NCBI GenBank assembly: GCA_024679065.1
Contig: JAGIQG010000010.1
Coordinates: forward strand, 68,634,001 to 68,698,000
DNA from: Sphyrna mokarran
Taxonomy: Eukaryota
Direction of reading: 5' to 3'
DNA length: 64,000 bases
Made by a program: the position numbers and the translations under genes. How positions within the stretch are numbered: position 1 is the stretch's first letter; each line of letters begins with the position of its first letter. Below the pieces are notes generated by a model. The model made no database searches. It worked only from the letters and a program-made list of their open reading frames with translations, and was not told where the DNA came from. Of this stretch, positions 25,401 through 38,350 are shown in pieces.

Positions 25401-28400
25401 ATTATAGATTTGTGCTGTTGTAAATTCTCAATTGTTTCTATGTCACCATTGAAAAAGGAACGAGTCAGTGGTTTGTCGAAGTTACTTTGTGAATTAGGAG
25501 GAGGAGAATTTTGATCACTTAATGCACCTGGTGATGGAATTGAACTGCTTTCCCCAGGTTGAACATTTCCAGCATTCTTGCTAACTTCTGCATCCAGACT
25601 GTTGTCGTCACTGAGTGGGAAATGGGTCAATGGTTTGTATGAATTTATAGGAGATGGTTGGTCAGACACTGAATCAGACAGTGTAGGTCCAGTATTGTCC
25701 TTTTGTAATTGTCTATTACTTCCTCTATCTACAGTGACAGTTGGGCTGTTTGGTGAATAATTCAGTGACTGATATTTATTCCTGTGTGGAATCGTTATTG
25801 AAAACTGTTGCCCAATCACTGAATCCATTGCTGATGATATGTAGGCAATCTCTGATTTGTTTTGCTGTATATTATCTTTATTCAATCTTCTTTCCAATGT
25901 GATGTCACCATTTTTTGGGGTCAAATTCTGTTGTATTTCTTTCTCTGTTGGTGTGACATTTGTTGGAGTTCTCTGGTCAGTCCCTCTATCCTGTGAAATT
26001 GTACCACGGTTTCCCAATTGGTAATTTTCTAAATTAATGACACCTCCGGGACTCCTGAATGGAGAATGAGTGGCTGACTCGTTCATGCTGTTAGTTGTGC
26101 TAGTTGTAGGAAGCTGTTGGTCGGTCAACGAACCTGGTGTTGTTGAAAAATCACGGATATCCTTTTGCAAATATTCATCACGTCCCCGGTCCATTGTGGC
26201 ATTTCCACTAAGTGGGGAATGAGACTGTGAATGGCTTTTGTTGTTATGAGAGAGAATTGAAGGAAACCACTCACTGGTGACTGGAGTTAGTGATAAGGAT
26301 GTACTATTTGCTTCATCTGATATTTTAAACAGATCCAAAGACTCCTTGTCAGGAACAATTTCATTTACCTCAGGTTCATTGCAGAATCGTTTATCATTCT
26401 TGATATCTGTGATATTCAAAGTGGACTTTATATTATATAATGAATCTATTGCTGGAATTGTGTTAGTTTCTGATGAGTCCTTTTGTAAATGCTCATTGAC
26501 TCCAATATCTGCAGTAACTGTTGCACAATTTAGTGAACAATTCGATGTTTTACATTTACTGCTGTCTGTGACATTCTTAGAAGGATGGTAGTTGGACATT
26601 GGATCAAGTGCTGGAAGTATGTGATGTGAGCAAAATTCATCCTGATTAATCAAACTGACATCAGTCCTGGCTGATGAATAACTCAGTAGCTTGTCCTTAC
26701 AGCTATGTATTGTATTTGTAAGAGATTTTTGATGAGTAACTTTATCTCCTGACAACAGTGCACTTTTAGTTTCATGTTTGCATTTTTTCAAATAATCAGT
26801 ATTTTCTCGGTATGCATCGACAGCAACACTGTTTACCAAATGACTTAGAGGCTTGTCTTCATTGCTATGCACAATGTTTGTAGGAGACAATTGGCTGGAT
26901 ACCTGATTCAGTGTTGAAGGCATAGACTTGGTCTCAAACGTGTCCACTGCATCACAAGTATCATTAGCTTCTCTGTCCACACTGATGCCATCAACATGTA
27001 GGGAGCAATTCTGTAATATATTTCTCCTGCTTGGTGACATATTTTTATGCCTGTTCAGTTTATCTGTTGATGGAGCTGCACTGCCTTTGTCAGATTGGCA
27101 TGTCTCTATAGTTTTGCTATCTGCTATCAAACTGCCATCTCTGACCGGAGAAAGGGTTTCTGATTTGTCTTCACTGCTGCTTTGCGGGGTACTTTCAGGT
27201 AGCCACTGGCTGGTCACTGCAGTTGATGGTGAGGGTGCACTCTTTGTTTTATGCAAAACATTTAATTTGAATTTGCCGGTTGGTCTCTTACGATGATAAA
27301 TGTCAGTTACCTTTGTTCCACAATGCTGCAGTGTATTTTTTTTCACATTGGTAGCACCCACAGCAAAATGAGGAGCAGTGAACGAATACACTGGTGAAGT
27401 GACAGGGCTGATTATAGATTTGTGTTGTTGTAAATTCTCAATTGCTTCTATGTCACCGCTCTCCAAGGAACGAGTCAGTGGTTTGTCGAAGTTACTCTGT
27501 GAATTAGGAGGAGGAGAGTTTTGATTACTTAGTGCACCTGGTGATGGAATCGAACTGCTTTCCCCAGGTTGAACATTTCCAGTATTCTTGCTAACTTCTG
27601 CACTCAGATTGTTGTCATCATTGAGTGGGAAATGGGTCAATAGTTTGTGTGGATTTGTAGGAGATGATTGGTTAGACAACGAATCAGACAGTATAGGCCC
27701 ACTATTGTCCTTCTGCAAATATTCATTGCTTCCTCTATCCACAGTGACAGCTGGGCTGTTTGGTGAATAATTCAGTGACTGATATTTATTCCTGTGTGGA
27801 ATAGTTGTTGAAAACTGATACCTAATCGCTGAATCTGCTGCTAATGATATATGGACAATCTCCGATTTGTTTTGCTGTATATTCTCTTTATTCAATCTTC
27901 TTTCCAATGCGATGTCACCATTATTTGGGGTCAAATGCCGTTGAGATTCTTCCTCTTCCGTTCTCTGGCCCAGTGAAATTGCACCATGATTTTCCGATTG
28001 GTAAGTTTCCACATTTTTGTTGGAAGATTTCTCATCATGAGCAATTTCAGTTATCTTTGATGGATCAATATACATAGCACTTTTCTTGTTATCAGTGACA
28101 GTGGACTGTAAAGCTGTTAATATTTCTGGTGATGGGTCTATACCATGGTCTTCAGATTTGTCCTTTTGTAAAAAGTGATTGCTTTCTCTCTCTGCATAGA
28201 TATCATTGCTGTGTAAAGGATAAATCAATGATTTGTTCTGGTTGTTAGGTATGATATTTGAAGTCAGCCACAGCGCGATCATCCCAGGTGGTGATGAAAG
28301 TGCTTTAACTGTTTTACCCAAACGCTTGGATTTGTATTGATCACAGGGCCCTTCATCACAACAGATATCAATTACATTTCTTGAATAATGATCAAGTCCA

Positions 28401-31400
28401 TTTTTCCTTATATTGGTGATTGCTGAAGGAGATTCTGGCAGATATTCCATAGCAGTACTTTGCAGTGGATCTGCTGAAAGATCCACACCACTGATTTCTG
28501 AGTTATCTTTCTGCAAATGCTTATTAAATTCAGTATCCGCAATGAAAGTAGAATTGATAAATGAACAATTTAGTGACTCGTCTCTATATATGGGTGTGAT
28601 AATTGTAGTAGATGGATTGCTGATCGCTGGACCTAGGCATGAAGATGGACAAGTAGCTTTAGCTTTGTCCTGCTCTGTTTCTCTTGATATTTCAGCACTG
28701 TTTGGCAAATAATTCAGTTGATCTCTGTTGGATGTGGTATTTATAAGAGACAGTTGATGAGCCCCTTTATTTAAAACAACCGCAGCGTTGCTTTCAGATT
28801 TGCTATTTTTCAAACAACCAAGACTATTCCTGTTCTTTGTCACATCAACACTGCTGAGAGAATGACAGAGTGGTTTGTGTTCATTGCAATGTTTGTTATC
28901 CAAGAGAGACAACTGGTTAAAAGCTGGATCCAGTATAGAAAGAGTATTATCCATCTTAGATTTATCTGTTTTTTTGCCATCTTTAGTAATTCCTCTCAGC
29001 ATAGCAGTGTCAGCACTGTTCCATTCCCAATTTTGAAGTGTATTTTTTGTACCATGTATAATACCTGAAGGTGTCTTCAATTCAGTTGCTGTGGCTGATA
29101 ATGAAATAACTTTGTAGTTTTCAGACTGACCATTTTCTAAATTCTTTGTAACATCTGATCTCACTGGGGAATGATTCAGTAATTTGTCTGTATTATCATG
29201 AGTATTTGTAGAGGACTGCTGGTCACTCATTATGTCTGCTGGTGAAATTGGAATATTTTTTTCAGTTTGGTAATTTTCTGTATTCTTAATGGTTCCTGGA
29301 CTCATGTTGGTATCATCACTGAGTAGGAACTTAATCAATGATTTATCTTGGCTGTCTATGAAATTTGTACGAGGCTCTTGGCCACTCAGTGAATCTTGTA
29401 CTGACAATTTATTGCTGTTGTTAGATTTATCCTTTGGTAAGTGTTCGTTGCCTTCATTAAGGGAAGAATATGTCAATAAAGTATTTTGCTTCAAATGGGA
29501 TGTGACAGGTGCAGATGACAGTTCCTCATTTACTGTTTCAGGTATGTTTTTCTGTGCATCATTGCTGTTTTCAATGATGTAGTTCAATGAGTTACCTTTG
29601 TTGGTGATAGTAAATGAACATTGTGCTACAACTGGTGGTATTGTGGTCTTTTCAAATTTATAACTTTGGACATCATGAACACTATGTATTTCAGGCAAAT
29701 TGCTATCGACAATGTGAGATGGCCAATTCTGTGAAGTATTTTTCGTACTGATACCTGAAGGCAATGTTTCATTTGTGCCTGATAATGATAGAACACAGTT
29801 TAAATCAGATTTATGCTCATTAACTATTGCGTCTGCAGTTATGTCAGTACTCCTGACTGAATCATCCAGTAAAAGGTACTCATAGGTGGAACGTACAGGA
29901 AACGTATAGCTGAGTACTTGGTCTGTTGATAGTGTTATGTCAGCTGTCCGTCTGTAGTTTTGTTCAGAATTTATATTCAAAAGGATATTGTTGGTTGATG
30001 ACAGACTTTGGGAACTAAATGCTTTGTGGTTTGGAGATTGCATTATAACCATTTTTGTTGCATGACTCATTTCTGATTCATCATTTTGTGAAGCAGTACC
30101 TATACTGTCTAAGAAGACATCATCAGTTTTTGATTGATTGCTCAGTAATGCACTATCATGATGAATTATATTTGTTACACATTTTGGATCTGCTGAAAGT
30201 TCATGACTGGTTTCATGTTTAATTTTCTGTGAGCAATCATTACTAATTAGCTCAGTTAGTAATAAAGATGTACTTCTTCCCTCATTTTCACAACTGTGTT
30301 CCCAACTGTTATTTTCACTTTCTGGCATAGGGCCATCTGCATCTCTTAATGTGACAGGTTCCACTCTGGTCTCACTTGATATGAGATTATCTACTGAAGA
30401 TTTTTCTTTCTCTGTGTACATAAACAAAGGGCTGCTTTCTCTTCCATCCCTATTGCTTTGTAAATGATCATTACATGTACTTTGTACAGTAATATTAGTG
30501 TTATCTGACCCAGAATATTGATGCTTAGTTTTGCTGCTGATCGTGATAAATGAAGTTGCCCTTGATTGGCACTCTGGTTCTGACAGGAAAGTGGGACTAA
30601 GGGATCTATAGTTACTGGTTTGCAAAGAATCATTGTTACTGTCTCTTTGGAAAGTGGCATCACCACAATTTTGCAAATCAATAGTCCACCTACTGTGAGT
30701 ATATATGGAAAACAGAGGAGTGTGTGGAATATATATTGAAACATGTGATGATTTTGTTTTGCTATAGTTTAAATAATCAGCTCCATCCATTTTTTGTGAA
30801 GTACTGAGTGAACTATTCGACAAATTCTGTTGTTGCACATCTCTGTTGCCAAGACTAAGACTACTTGGGCCTGAATTTAACGATGAAGATTCACTATCTC
30901 TTTGTGACTGGTCATAAGTATTGTTTGACGACTGGCTTTGCAGACTATTTCTGTTGCTATCAGCAACAACTGGAAGAGATTGTGATTTGGTTAGTAAGTC
31001 CAGTAAAGATGTTCTGATGATTTCATGCTTGCTGATTGACAAACAACTTCCAGTATCTGTTTTCAGAATGTCATTAGTATGGTTTATTGGCTGATTTTGA
31101 AACATATTTTGAGGCTCAGTAATAGAAGTCTGTGAGCCAGATGCTGAATTTGGTAACATTGTATTGTCAGTTTTGTATTGACATATTTCAGTAGAAGTAC
31201 AATCATTTCCTCGAAAAGCATGAATGTTTCTTGACAGATGACTATGTTTCACATTTGCAATGTTGCACTGAATTGGCGCTGACTGTAGTTCAATATTTTC
31301 GCTTAACTCTGAAGAATTCAGCAAAATGTTGGTTTGATTGTCATTTCCATATTGTTTTGTGAGGTGGTTATAATTTTGAACACCTTTTATGGCAGTGTTT

Positions 31401-31455
31401 TGCAACTTGGAATTGCTTGAATCTTCAGTTCCTACGATCTTTTCATGTTCATGCA
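22460..31455 (-). CDS. EXPH5: EXPH5 giant terminal coding exon 6 (8996 nt, Ser/Thr/Asn-rich, internally repetitive)
   Basis: Uninterrupted ORF with acceptor tgtttgcAG at 31457-31456 (phase 1). The C-terminal motifs KLWKPGYL and SDTTTDDEYFLD...KESAL* resemble the conserved EXPH5 C-terminus. Adjacent to POGLUT3 as in tetrapods. Confidence 0.9.
23930..27950 (-). repeat. In-frame tandem duplication with ~2010-nt (670-aa) period inside EXPH5 exon 6
   Basis: Identical anchors: tggtcactgcagttgatggtgagggtgcac at 25201 and 27211, tggtgaataattcagtgactgatatttatt at 25751 and 27761 (offset 2010). The offset is 2019 at 24721/26740. Confidence 0.95.
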
Positions 31456-31549
31456 CTGCAAACACAAACATGATCAAGAAAATTAACAAATAATAAGTTT
31501 CTCTCTGGACTTACTGCACTACATTCTCTCAGGTCAAATCCTACAGTGA

Positions 31550-33345
31550 TATTGTTGTTACCTGGCATACTGAGCTCTGCCTCGCAGTGGATGAGTGACA
31601 TCTCTCAGATACTTCCTTCTACCTCCCCCGGACCATGACCACGTCACCAAACATCAAGCCACTGTTTCCAAGCTGGTTACTGATCTCACTGCTTCTGAAG
31701 ATTTTCCCTCCACAGTCTCTGACCCTGCATAGCCCACTTCTACCTCCTTTCCAAAATCTGCAAACAAGACTGCCCTAGTAGACCCATTTTATCACCTGTC
31801 TCTGCCCCACAGAACTCAATTCTTCCTATCTTGATTCCATCCTCTTTTTCCCTTGTCCAGTCTCTTCTCACCTACCATGATTCCTCTGATGCCCTATGTC
31901 ATAACAATTTCCATTTCTCTATCCTTAATTACCACCTCTTCAAAACGGATGTCAAATCTTTCTACACCTCTGTAATGATGCACTTTCAGAGACTCCATTA
32001 GTAAACACAAAAAAGATTTAACAAGAATTGTACAGCACCTGCATGGCTGCAGCTAGCTCAAGGTGTCTCTATGCCTAAGAGGGTTTCAACCACTGGAGTA
32101 ATTTCTCCCCAAGTCCCAGTAGATTCTCCATATCAGGTGACCATCAATCTGCTGTCTTGCTCTTAAATGGATAAATTAGCACAACTACCATCCTCCAGTG
32201 AAGCATCTAAGGGTTCTTCATTTCTTCCTTGAGCAGAGGCCTGAACAATCCCAGACAACCACTATTCTCCAGTGCCTTGCTGAACTCTGTGTGTCACTAA
32301 ATAATTTTTCTTTTAACTTATTTTACTTCCTGCAAATAAAAGTGTGAGGTTATGGGTACCTGTGCGGCCCCAGTTATGTGGAACACTCCTCTTCTCTGTC
32401 CCAACAACAATTTTTCCTGTTACATCAATAATTCTGTCAGTGCCACTTCATGCTCTTGTCTGGATTTGGAAAAGTTTAATTGATATTGCTTCCAATTTTC
32501 ACCCCTCTCACCTTCACATTGTTCATCTCCAACACTGTCTATCTCCCTTGACATGTGTTTTTGGTGATATACTGGCCACCAAAGTTCATTGCAAACCCAC
32601 CAACTCTCCAGCTTCTTAGACTATAGCTCTCAACTGCTTTCTGCAAGGACTCATCCAATTGTAACACTTTAATTGCCTCTGTTACATTTATTCTGATTAT
32701 TCCACTTTCAAAAATGGCACTTCTGAAATGTCTGTCTTTTTCCCCCACTACATCTCCCTCTTTCCCAGAACCATGACAGGGTTCCCCTTGTCAACACTTT
32801 CCACCCCACCAGTCTCTGCATTTAAAAAGATCCTCCACCACCATTTGTGCCAACTCCATGATGTTACCATGAAACACATTTCCCTCCTGCCCCATCAGCA
32901 TTCTGCAAGGACCACTCCCTACCTAACACCGTAGACCACTCCTCCATCATACTCAACTCCCCATCCCCTTCCCATAGTATTTTCCCTTGCAGTCACAGAA
33001 GGTGCGACACCTGCTTCTTTGCCTCCTCAGCATTCAAGGCCTTTGGTTAAGCAGTGTTTCACTTACACTTCTTTCAATTTGGTCTATTGCATTTGCTGCT
33101 TCCAATATGGTCTCCTCTACATTGGGAAGACTAAATACAGACTGTATGACCACTTTACAGACATCTTTGCCCAGACTACAAACACTTTCTGTCACTAGCC
33201 ATTTCAGTTCAGCACCTTGCTTTCATGCCATCAAGTCCATCCATGGCCTGCTCCATGAAGCCCAATGCAAACAGGAAGAGCAGCATCTCATCTTCCAATT
33301 AGGCATGTTACAACCCCCAATACAAGATTGAGTTCAACAACTCAA
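31550..33345 (+). mobile_element. Penelope-like retroelement (RT + GIY-YIG endonuclease), degraded, in EXPH5 intron 5
   Basis: Remnants FYLLSKICKQDCPSRPI, DVKSFYTS, TSFNLVYCICCFQYGLLYIGKTKYRL, EEQHLIFQLGMLQP. Confidence 0.85.
31971..32190. mobile_element. Candidate solo LTR inserted in the Penelope RT
   Basis: ~220-bp insert beginning TGTAAT and ending in CA. It splits the RT motif YTS|IP and is flanked by acctc/tcctc. Confidence 0.45.
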
Positions 33346-33447
33346 GACTAGTACTGACAAATGCCTCAAACATCTTCATTGTTGTTCATCTTCTTGGTTG
33401 CTCAAATCGTTCATAATTTTAAAAATATCATGACTGCTTTAACTTAC

Positions 33448-33568
33448 CAATAATGGTCTTTGTTTCCAAATCATGGCCATGGATTTCAGAATGTGTCTGT
33501 CTACCAAAGTCACGACACACATTTATTTTTCTTTCAGCATGGGGGGCTGTCACTGCCTTCAACCGTAC
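33448..33568 (-). CDS. EXPH5: EXPH5 probable coding exon 5 (121 nt)
   Basis: tcttAG acceptor, G|GTAAGT donor, phase 0-1, open frame VRLKAVTAPHAERK...DLETKTII. Joins in frame to the giant exon. Confidence 0.72.
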
Positions 33569-36500
33569 CTAAGATAGATTGCATTCTCTTAATTAAATGA
33601 TTCTATTCATAAAATTTAAATTCATTTGTGGAACATGGGCATTGCTGGCTGGTTGGCATTTATTGCCCATCCCTAAATGCCCGAGGGCAGTTGAGAGTCA
33701 ACCATATTTCTGTGGCTCTGAAGTCACACGTAGGTAAGGACAGCAGATTTCCTTCCTTAAAGGATATTAGTGAACCAGATGGGTTTTTCCGACAATCAAC
33801 AAACATTTCATGGTCATCAGTAGATTCTTAATTCCAGATTTTTTTTTTATTCATGGCAGGATTTGAACCTGGTTTAACAGAACATTAACTGCATTTGCCA
33901 ATTAATAGTCCAGCAATAATACCACTAGGCCATTATGAATTATGAAGGGAGACTACATAGACTGTATAAAATACAGCACAGACATTTTAAAAAACAGAAT
34001 ATGCCCCTGAGTTTCTAAACTTTGTTCTTTCATTCTAAGTCATAGCTAAATCACTGAAAGAAAGTTTCCTCTTTAGTAAGAGATATGGGATGGGAAATTG
34101 GATTACATTGTGCATTCATTTGAGTGCAAAATGGATCAACAAACCCTGATTTCAGGGTCCTTAGGAAAGCCGAAAAACATTCAACCCAAAATTAGGTAGG
34201 ATCATTTTCCAAGTGTCCCTGGTAGTTACCTAAACTTGTCATTTGATCCCCTAAATATATGAGTGACATAACACCTGTTTAATCCCCTCAGAATTTTGAT
34301 ACTGATGAGTGTTGGAATTTGAGATAAACAAGTTAGCCTAAGGTATTTAGGTAGTATTAGATTGTTAGGCTGGGAAACCCAGGTAACAAGCTAAGGATGG
34401 ATACTGGACACAGTCAAAGACAGATGTACTGAATATAGTAAGTACCAAAGTTAGATCCCTTTACCAGAATAAGATAAACATAAAGTAAACATTTTGGAGA
34501 TAGGATTCTACACGGCTTCTAATGATTACCACCACTATCACCAGTGTACTATATACAAGATTCACTGCAGCAACTCAGTAAAGCTCTTCCAACAGTATCT
34601 ACCAATCCACAACTTCTCCCACCAGGAAGGATAAGGATAGTAAACATGTGGAAACTCCATTGCCTTGGTGGGAATACATGTATTCTGAAGTAATCACAGC
34701 CAGTCAGAAAACAACTATTCATTAAATGTAATAATCTAAGAGACTCATAGGATTCAAACCCAATCAATTTCAGATCATGCAAACATGGAATCTTTATAAG
34801 TGGATAACATGGTTTTGGTTGCAGGTTAGTGACTGGTTTAGTGAGTTTTGATTCACAGTGACAGTATAAAAAAGGGGTTGCGTGTACATGTGTGTGGTTT
34901 TGCAGTTGCTTAGCCTCTGCATAAGCCTATTCATACTGTATCAATTCTGAACCCTGATGAAATAAAGAACTTTGTTTCATAAAATTGTTTACATCATTAC
35001 TTCAACAGGATTATCCCAGTCTTTGAAGGGGTTATCGATAGACATTAAGGAGCAGGGCAGGTATTGGGCCAGTCCCACTCAAAGTTCTCAGCAGTCACTG
35101 TGACAAATAGCTAGCATTTAGTTTTTTTTGAGAGTATTTTTTAAATTGGAAAAAGACTCCTATTTGGGAACTCAGTCCAATTTTGGCTCCATGCTGTTCC
35201 CAAAAAAAAAGCTTAATTTGTTAAGTTTTTGCAATTAAGTTTCAAGAATTTGCAAATGCCTTTCTTTTAGTGTGCTTGATGTCAAAAATGAGTATATTTC
35301 ACCTAACTGAAAGGCTTATTTTATGTTCCCCTACAAAAAAGTATGATGTATTCCTTCATTAACTTCCAAGTTGCAAAGATCTCTTACTGTGCCAACTTTT
35401 AAAGTTTCTAGAGATTATATAAGCATAGAGAAGCAAATAATTGATGGGATACGACTTCAGTTCCAATCTTGTCATACGAATGTTATTTGGGGAACCTTGA
35501 GATGAATAATATGATACTGACTTCCTGGAACATTTTACTCAATTGGCTTTAGGGGTCATAATTGTTTTAAAAAATTCTTTCATGTGGATATCACTGGCCA
35601 GACCAGCATTTTTTGCCCACGAGTAGGTTGTGGCGAGCCTCCTGCTGGAACTTTTGCAGTGCGCTTGATGTAGATGTTGTTGGGAAGGGACTTAGAAGCA
35701 CTGAATCCATTCAGCCCATCAAGTCTGCACCGACTCTCTGAAAGAGCATCTTACCAAAGACCACCCCCCCTACGCCCCCAATCCCTGTAACCCCACACAT
35801 TTAGCATGGCTAATCCACCTAACCTATATATCTTTGGACTTTGTGAAGCCTCCTTACTAGATGGTGGACAAAATTCATCTAGCCATGAATTACTGTCCAC
35901 CATAATTCATGGCTAGATGTGACTGTAGAGCTTTGATCTGATCTGTTGATTGTGGGATCACTTAGCACTGTCTATCTACATTGTTTCTGCTGTTCGCATG
36001 CAAGTGTTCCTACGTTGTAATTTCCCCACATTAACAAGTCACTTTAGGTATGCATGGAGATGCCTGACATGCCCTCCTGCACTTTTTATTGAACCAGGAT
36101 GTATTTTCTGCCTTAATGGTAGAAGTGTATGGTTTCCCAGAACATGAGTTAAAAGTTGTGATTGAACATCATTCTGCTCTGCTGAAAGCTCATAGCTTTT
36201 CAAGTTTTGCCCAGTTTTGAGTTGTTCTGAACCTATTTAGCACAATGGTTGGGCCACATAAAGCAAAAGAAGATATGCTCATTGTGAAGACAAGACTTCA
36301 TTTTCACCAGGACTGTGCTGACCACCTCTAAGTCACTCAAGAGCAAGTGAAATCTCATCAAAACTGAAATCACGTGTCTGAAATCAATGCCTAATGTTGC
36401 TCCACATTCATATCCTCAGCTATCTGTTTACAAGTAGGAGAATTTCTTCATCTTCAAAAGAAATCAAATTAGAATAAGGAAACAACTTTCTTCCATTCTT

Positions 36501-36938
36501 TTGGGTTAATTGGGTTTTATCTTTCTCCCTTACCCTTGAGGGATTAGAATTTTTATCATGGGTGTAAGTGATCAGCTTTAATATGTCAATACTCAGTACT
36601 GAGTTGCAGACAACTTATAGACATCAACTGGTGTATTTTGAAAATGAAATCAATATTAAACAAAAATACTTTTTCACCATCTCTCCTTGCCCTTGTCAAT
36701 TTGTAATGTTTATGGAACAAGGAAAATAAGTAGAAAATTCCAGGCCTGCAATTTGATTACAGACATTCAAAACTGAGACCTATGAATTCAGGACTTTAAT
36801 TGTTTAGTAGAAGGCCAGTGGAAATGTTTAATTATGTGTGGTGATTGTAAACAATGGGTTTTACCAAGGTCAAATTTAAATAATGTTCCCTGTGCTCTGC
36901 AGTTTTTCCCACATAGTTAAAATTAACAAAACTCTTAC

Positions 36939-36996
36939 CCTTAGTTGTGAAAACATGTTTGTGGATTCCTGTTGCAATGAATTGTAGTTACTGCAT
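36939..36996 (-). CDS. EXPH5: EXPH5 probable coding exon 4 (58 nt)
   Basis: ttattttggtAG acceptor, AGG|GTAAGA donor, phase 2-0, open frame CSNYNSLQQESTNMFSQLR. Confidence 0.7.
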
Positions 36997-38172
36997 CTAC
37001 CAAAATAAATATTATATATTCAGAACAAACTTGTGTTCACATAATATCTTTCATTTCTTCAAGATATCTCAGAGCACTTTGCACCCAGTGAATTACTTTT
37101 TGAAGATTGGTCATTGTTGTTACACAAACAAATGTGACACACAACTTGCAAAAAGCAAGGTCCACAAACAACAAATTGCATACCCAATTAATCCATTCTG
37201 TTTTAGTCTGGTAAGGGATAAATAATGATCAGGATCCACTATGATAACTCTCCTGCTATTCTTCAAATAGTGCCATAGAATCTCTTACATCTACCCATTG
37301 AGTTCTTGTGATGTAGAGATATTGGCGCTCAGATACCTCAGAAGATATCCATCAGAATTCCAATGTAAGCATATTTCTGATACTTACATGGGAAGTTTAA
37401 GCTTCTAATTCCCGGCTTTTCCCTGCATAGATTGCTCTGTGATTGGCTAGAACTATGCAAACTTGGGCAGATTAACCTATACACACCCAGATTTTTACAG
37501 ATTTAATTTGATTATATACCTTCAGCAATGAGGTCTATGAATGCCATTTGTGGGTGAGGCTTGGTGGTCAGAAAAAGAATGGTGAGGAAGTGTTAGGAAT
37601 CTCCTCTCTGCATAGGCTCTGTTTGTTGGACAATAAGTAGGATGTGCCTTCCCCATTACAGTCTCAAAGGCAGGATTCACTACAATCCCATGATTTCTGA
37701 CATCCCATAGTTACCTTTTTGAACTGTACTTGTCTGACCCATGGTTTGCAATCACTGAGGCTTGCTGGGAGAAACCTGAACACCTGCTAACTCCTAGCTT
37801 GGATGCAGTGCCCGATAGAAAGCTGGAAGCTGGTTTGGCTGTTCTTGGAGAGGAACAGCTTCTCAGGATTTGGTTCTATACTGGAGTGCGACTGGGGGGG
37901 AAAGTTCAGGAAGTGTTTACAATGATGCAATCCAGCAGCAGAAAGCTTGGCTTTTGAGTCAATCTGTGAATGGAAAAACTCTGTAGTTTAGTCAGTATCT
38001 GGAAGATAAAGATGACTTACACATGAAACATTAATGTTTCTCTTTCAAATGAGGATTCATTTGTTGGATATTCCTAATATTTTCAAATTTTAGGAACCAA
38101 CAATTTATTTATTTGTAAGTTACAGCTCTATTTAAATAAGAAATGTAGAAACAGTTCATCAATTAAGCTTAC

Positions 38173-38350
38173 TGGTTTTGTTCCGAATGACACTCTGTAT
38201 TTTGGCTCGAAGATTCAGAAGAATTGGAGGGCATGGAAGCAGGATCGAGACAGTCATCTCCCCGGGAATGACCTGAAAATTTTAAAAGATTGATCCCATT
38301 TTTGCTCTGCGGAGAGCTTTTTGATTGTGGAAGCTTCAAGTCACTTAAAG
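38173..38350 (-). CDS. EXPH5: EXPH5 probable coding exon 3
   Basis: Strong pyrimidine tract ending ttccAG, CA|GTAAGC donor, 178 nt. Phase 1-2 keeps the frame open (ALSDLKLPQSKSSPQ...CHSEQN). Low sequence conservation. Confidence 0.75.

Noticed and set aside
22560-30744. Many plus-strand and alternative-frame ORFs overlapping the giant exon
   Set aside because: These are shadow ORFs of the EXPH5 coding sequence. Repeated ones simply mirror the tandem duplication.
31456-31489. N-terminus of the 3009-aa ORF (MLIFLIMFVFA) as a real start or signal peptide
   Set aside because: It begins at a non-ATG codon and is the intron 5 polypyrimidine tract. The exon starts at the AG acceptor before 31455.
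37715-37963. Internal coding exon of EXPH5 between exons 3 and 4
   Set aside because: All three frames between the apparent acceptor and donor contain stops. It is kept only as a candidate regulatory element or first exon.
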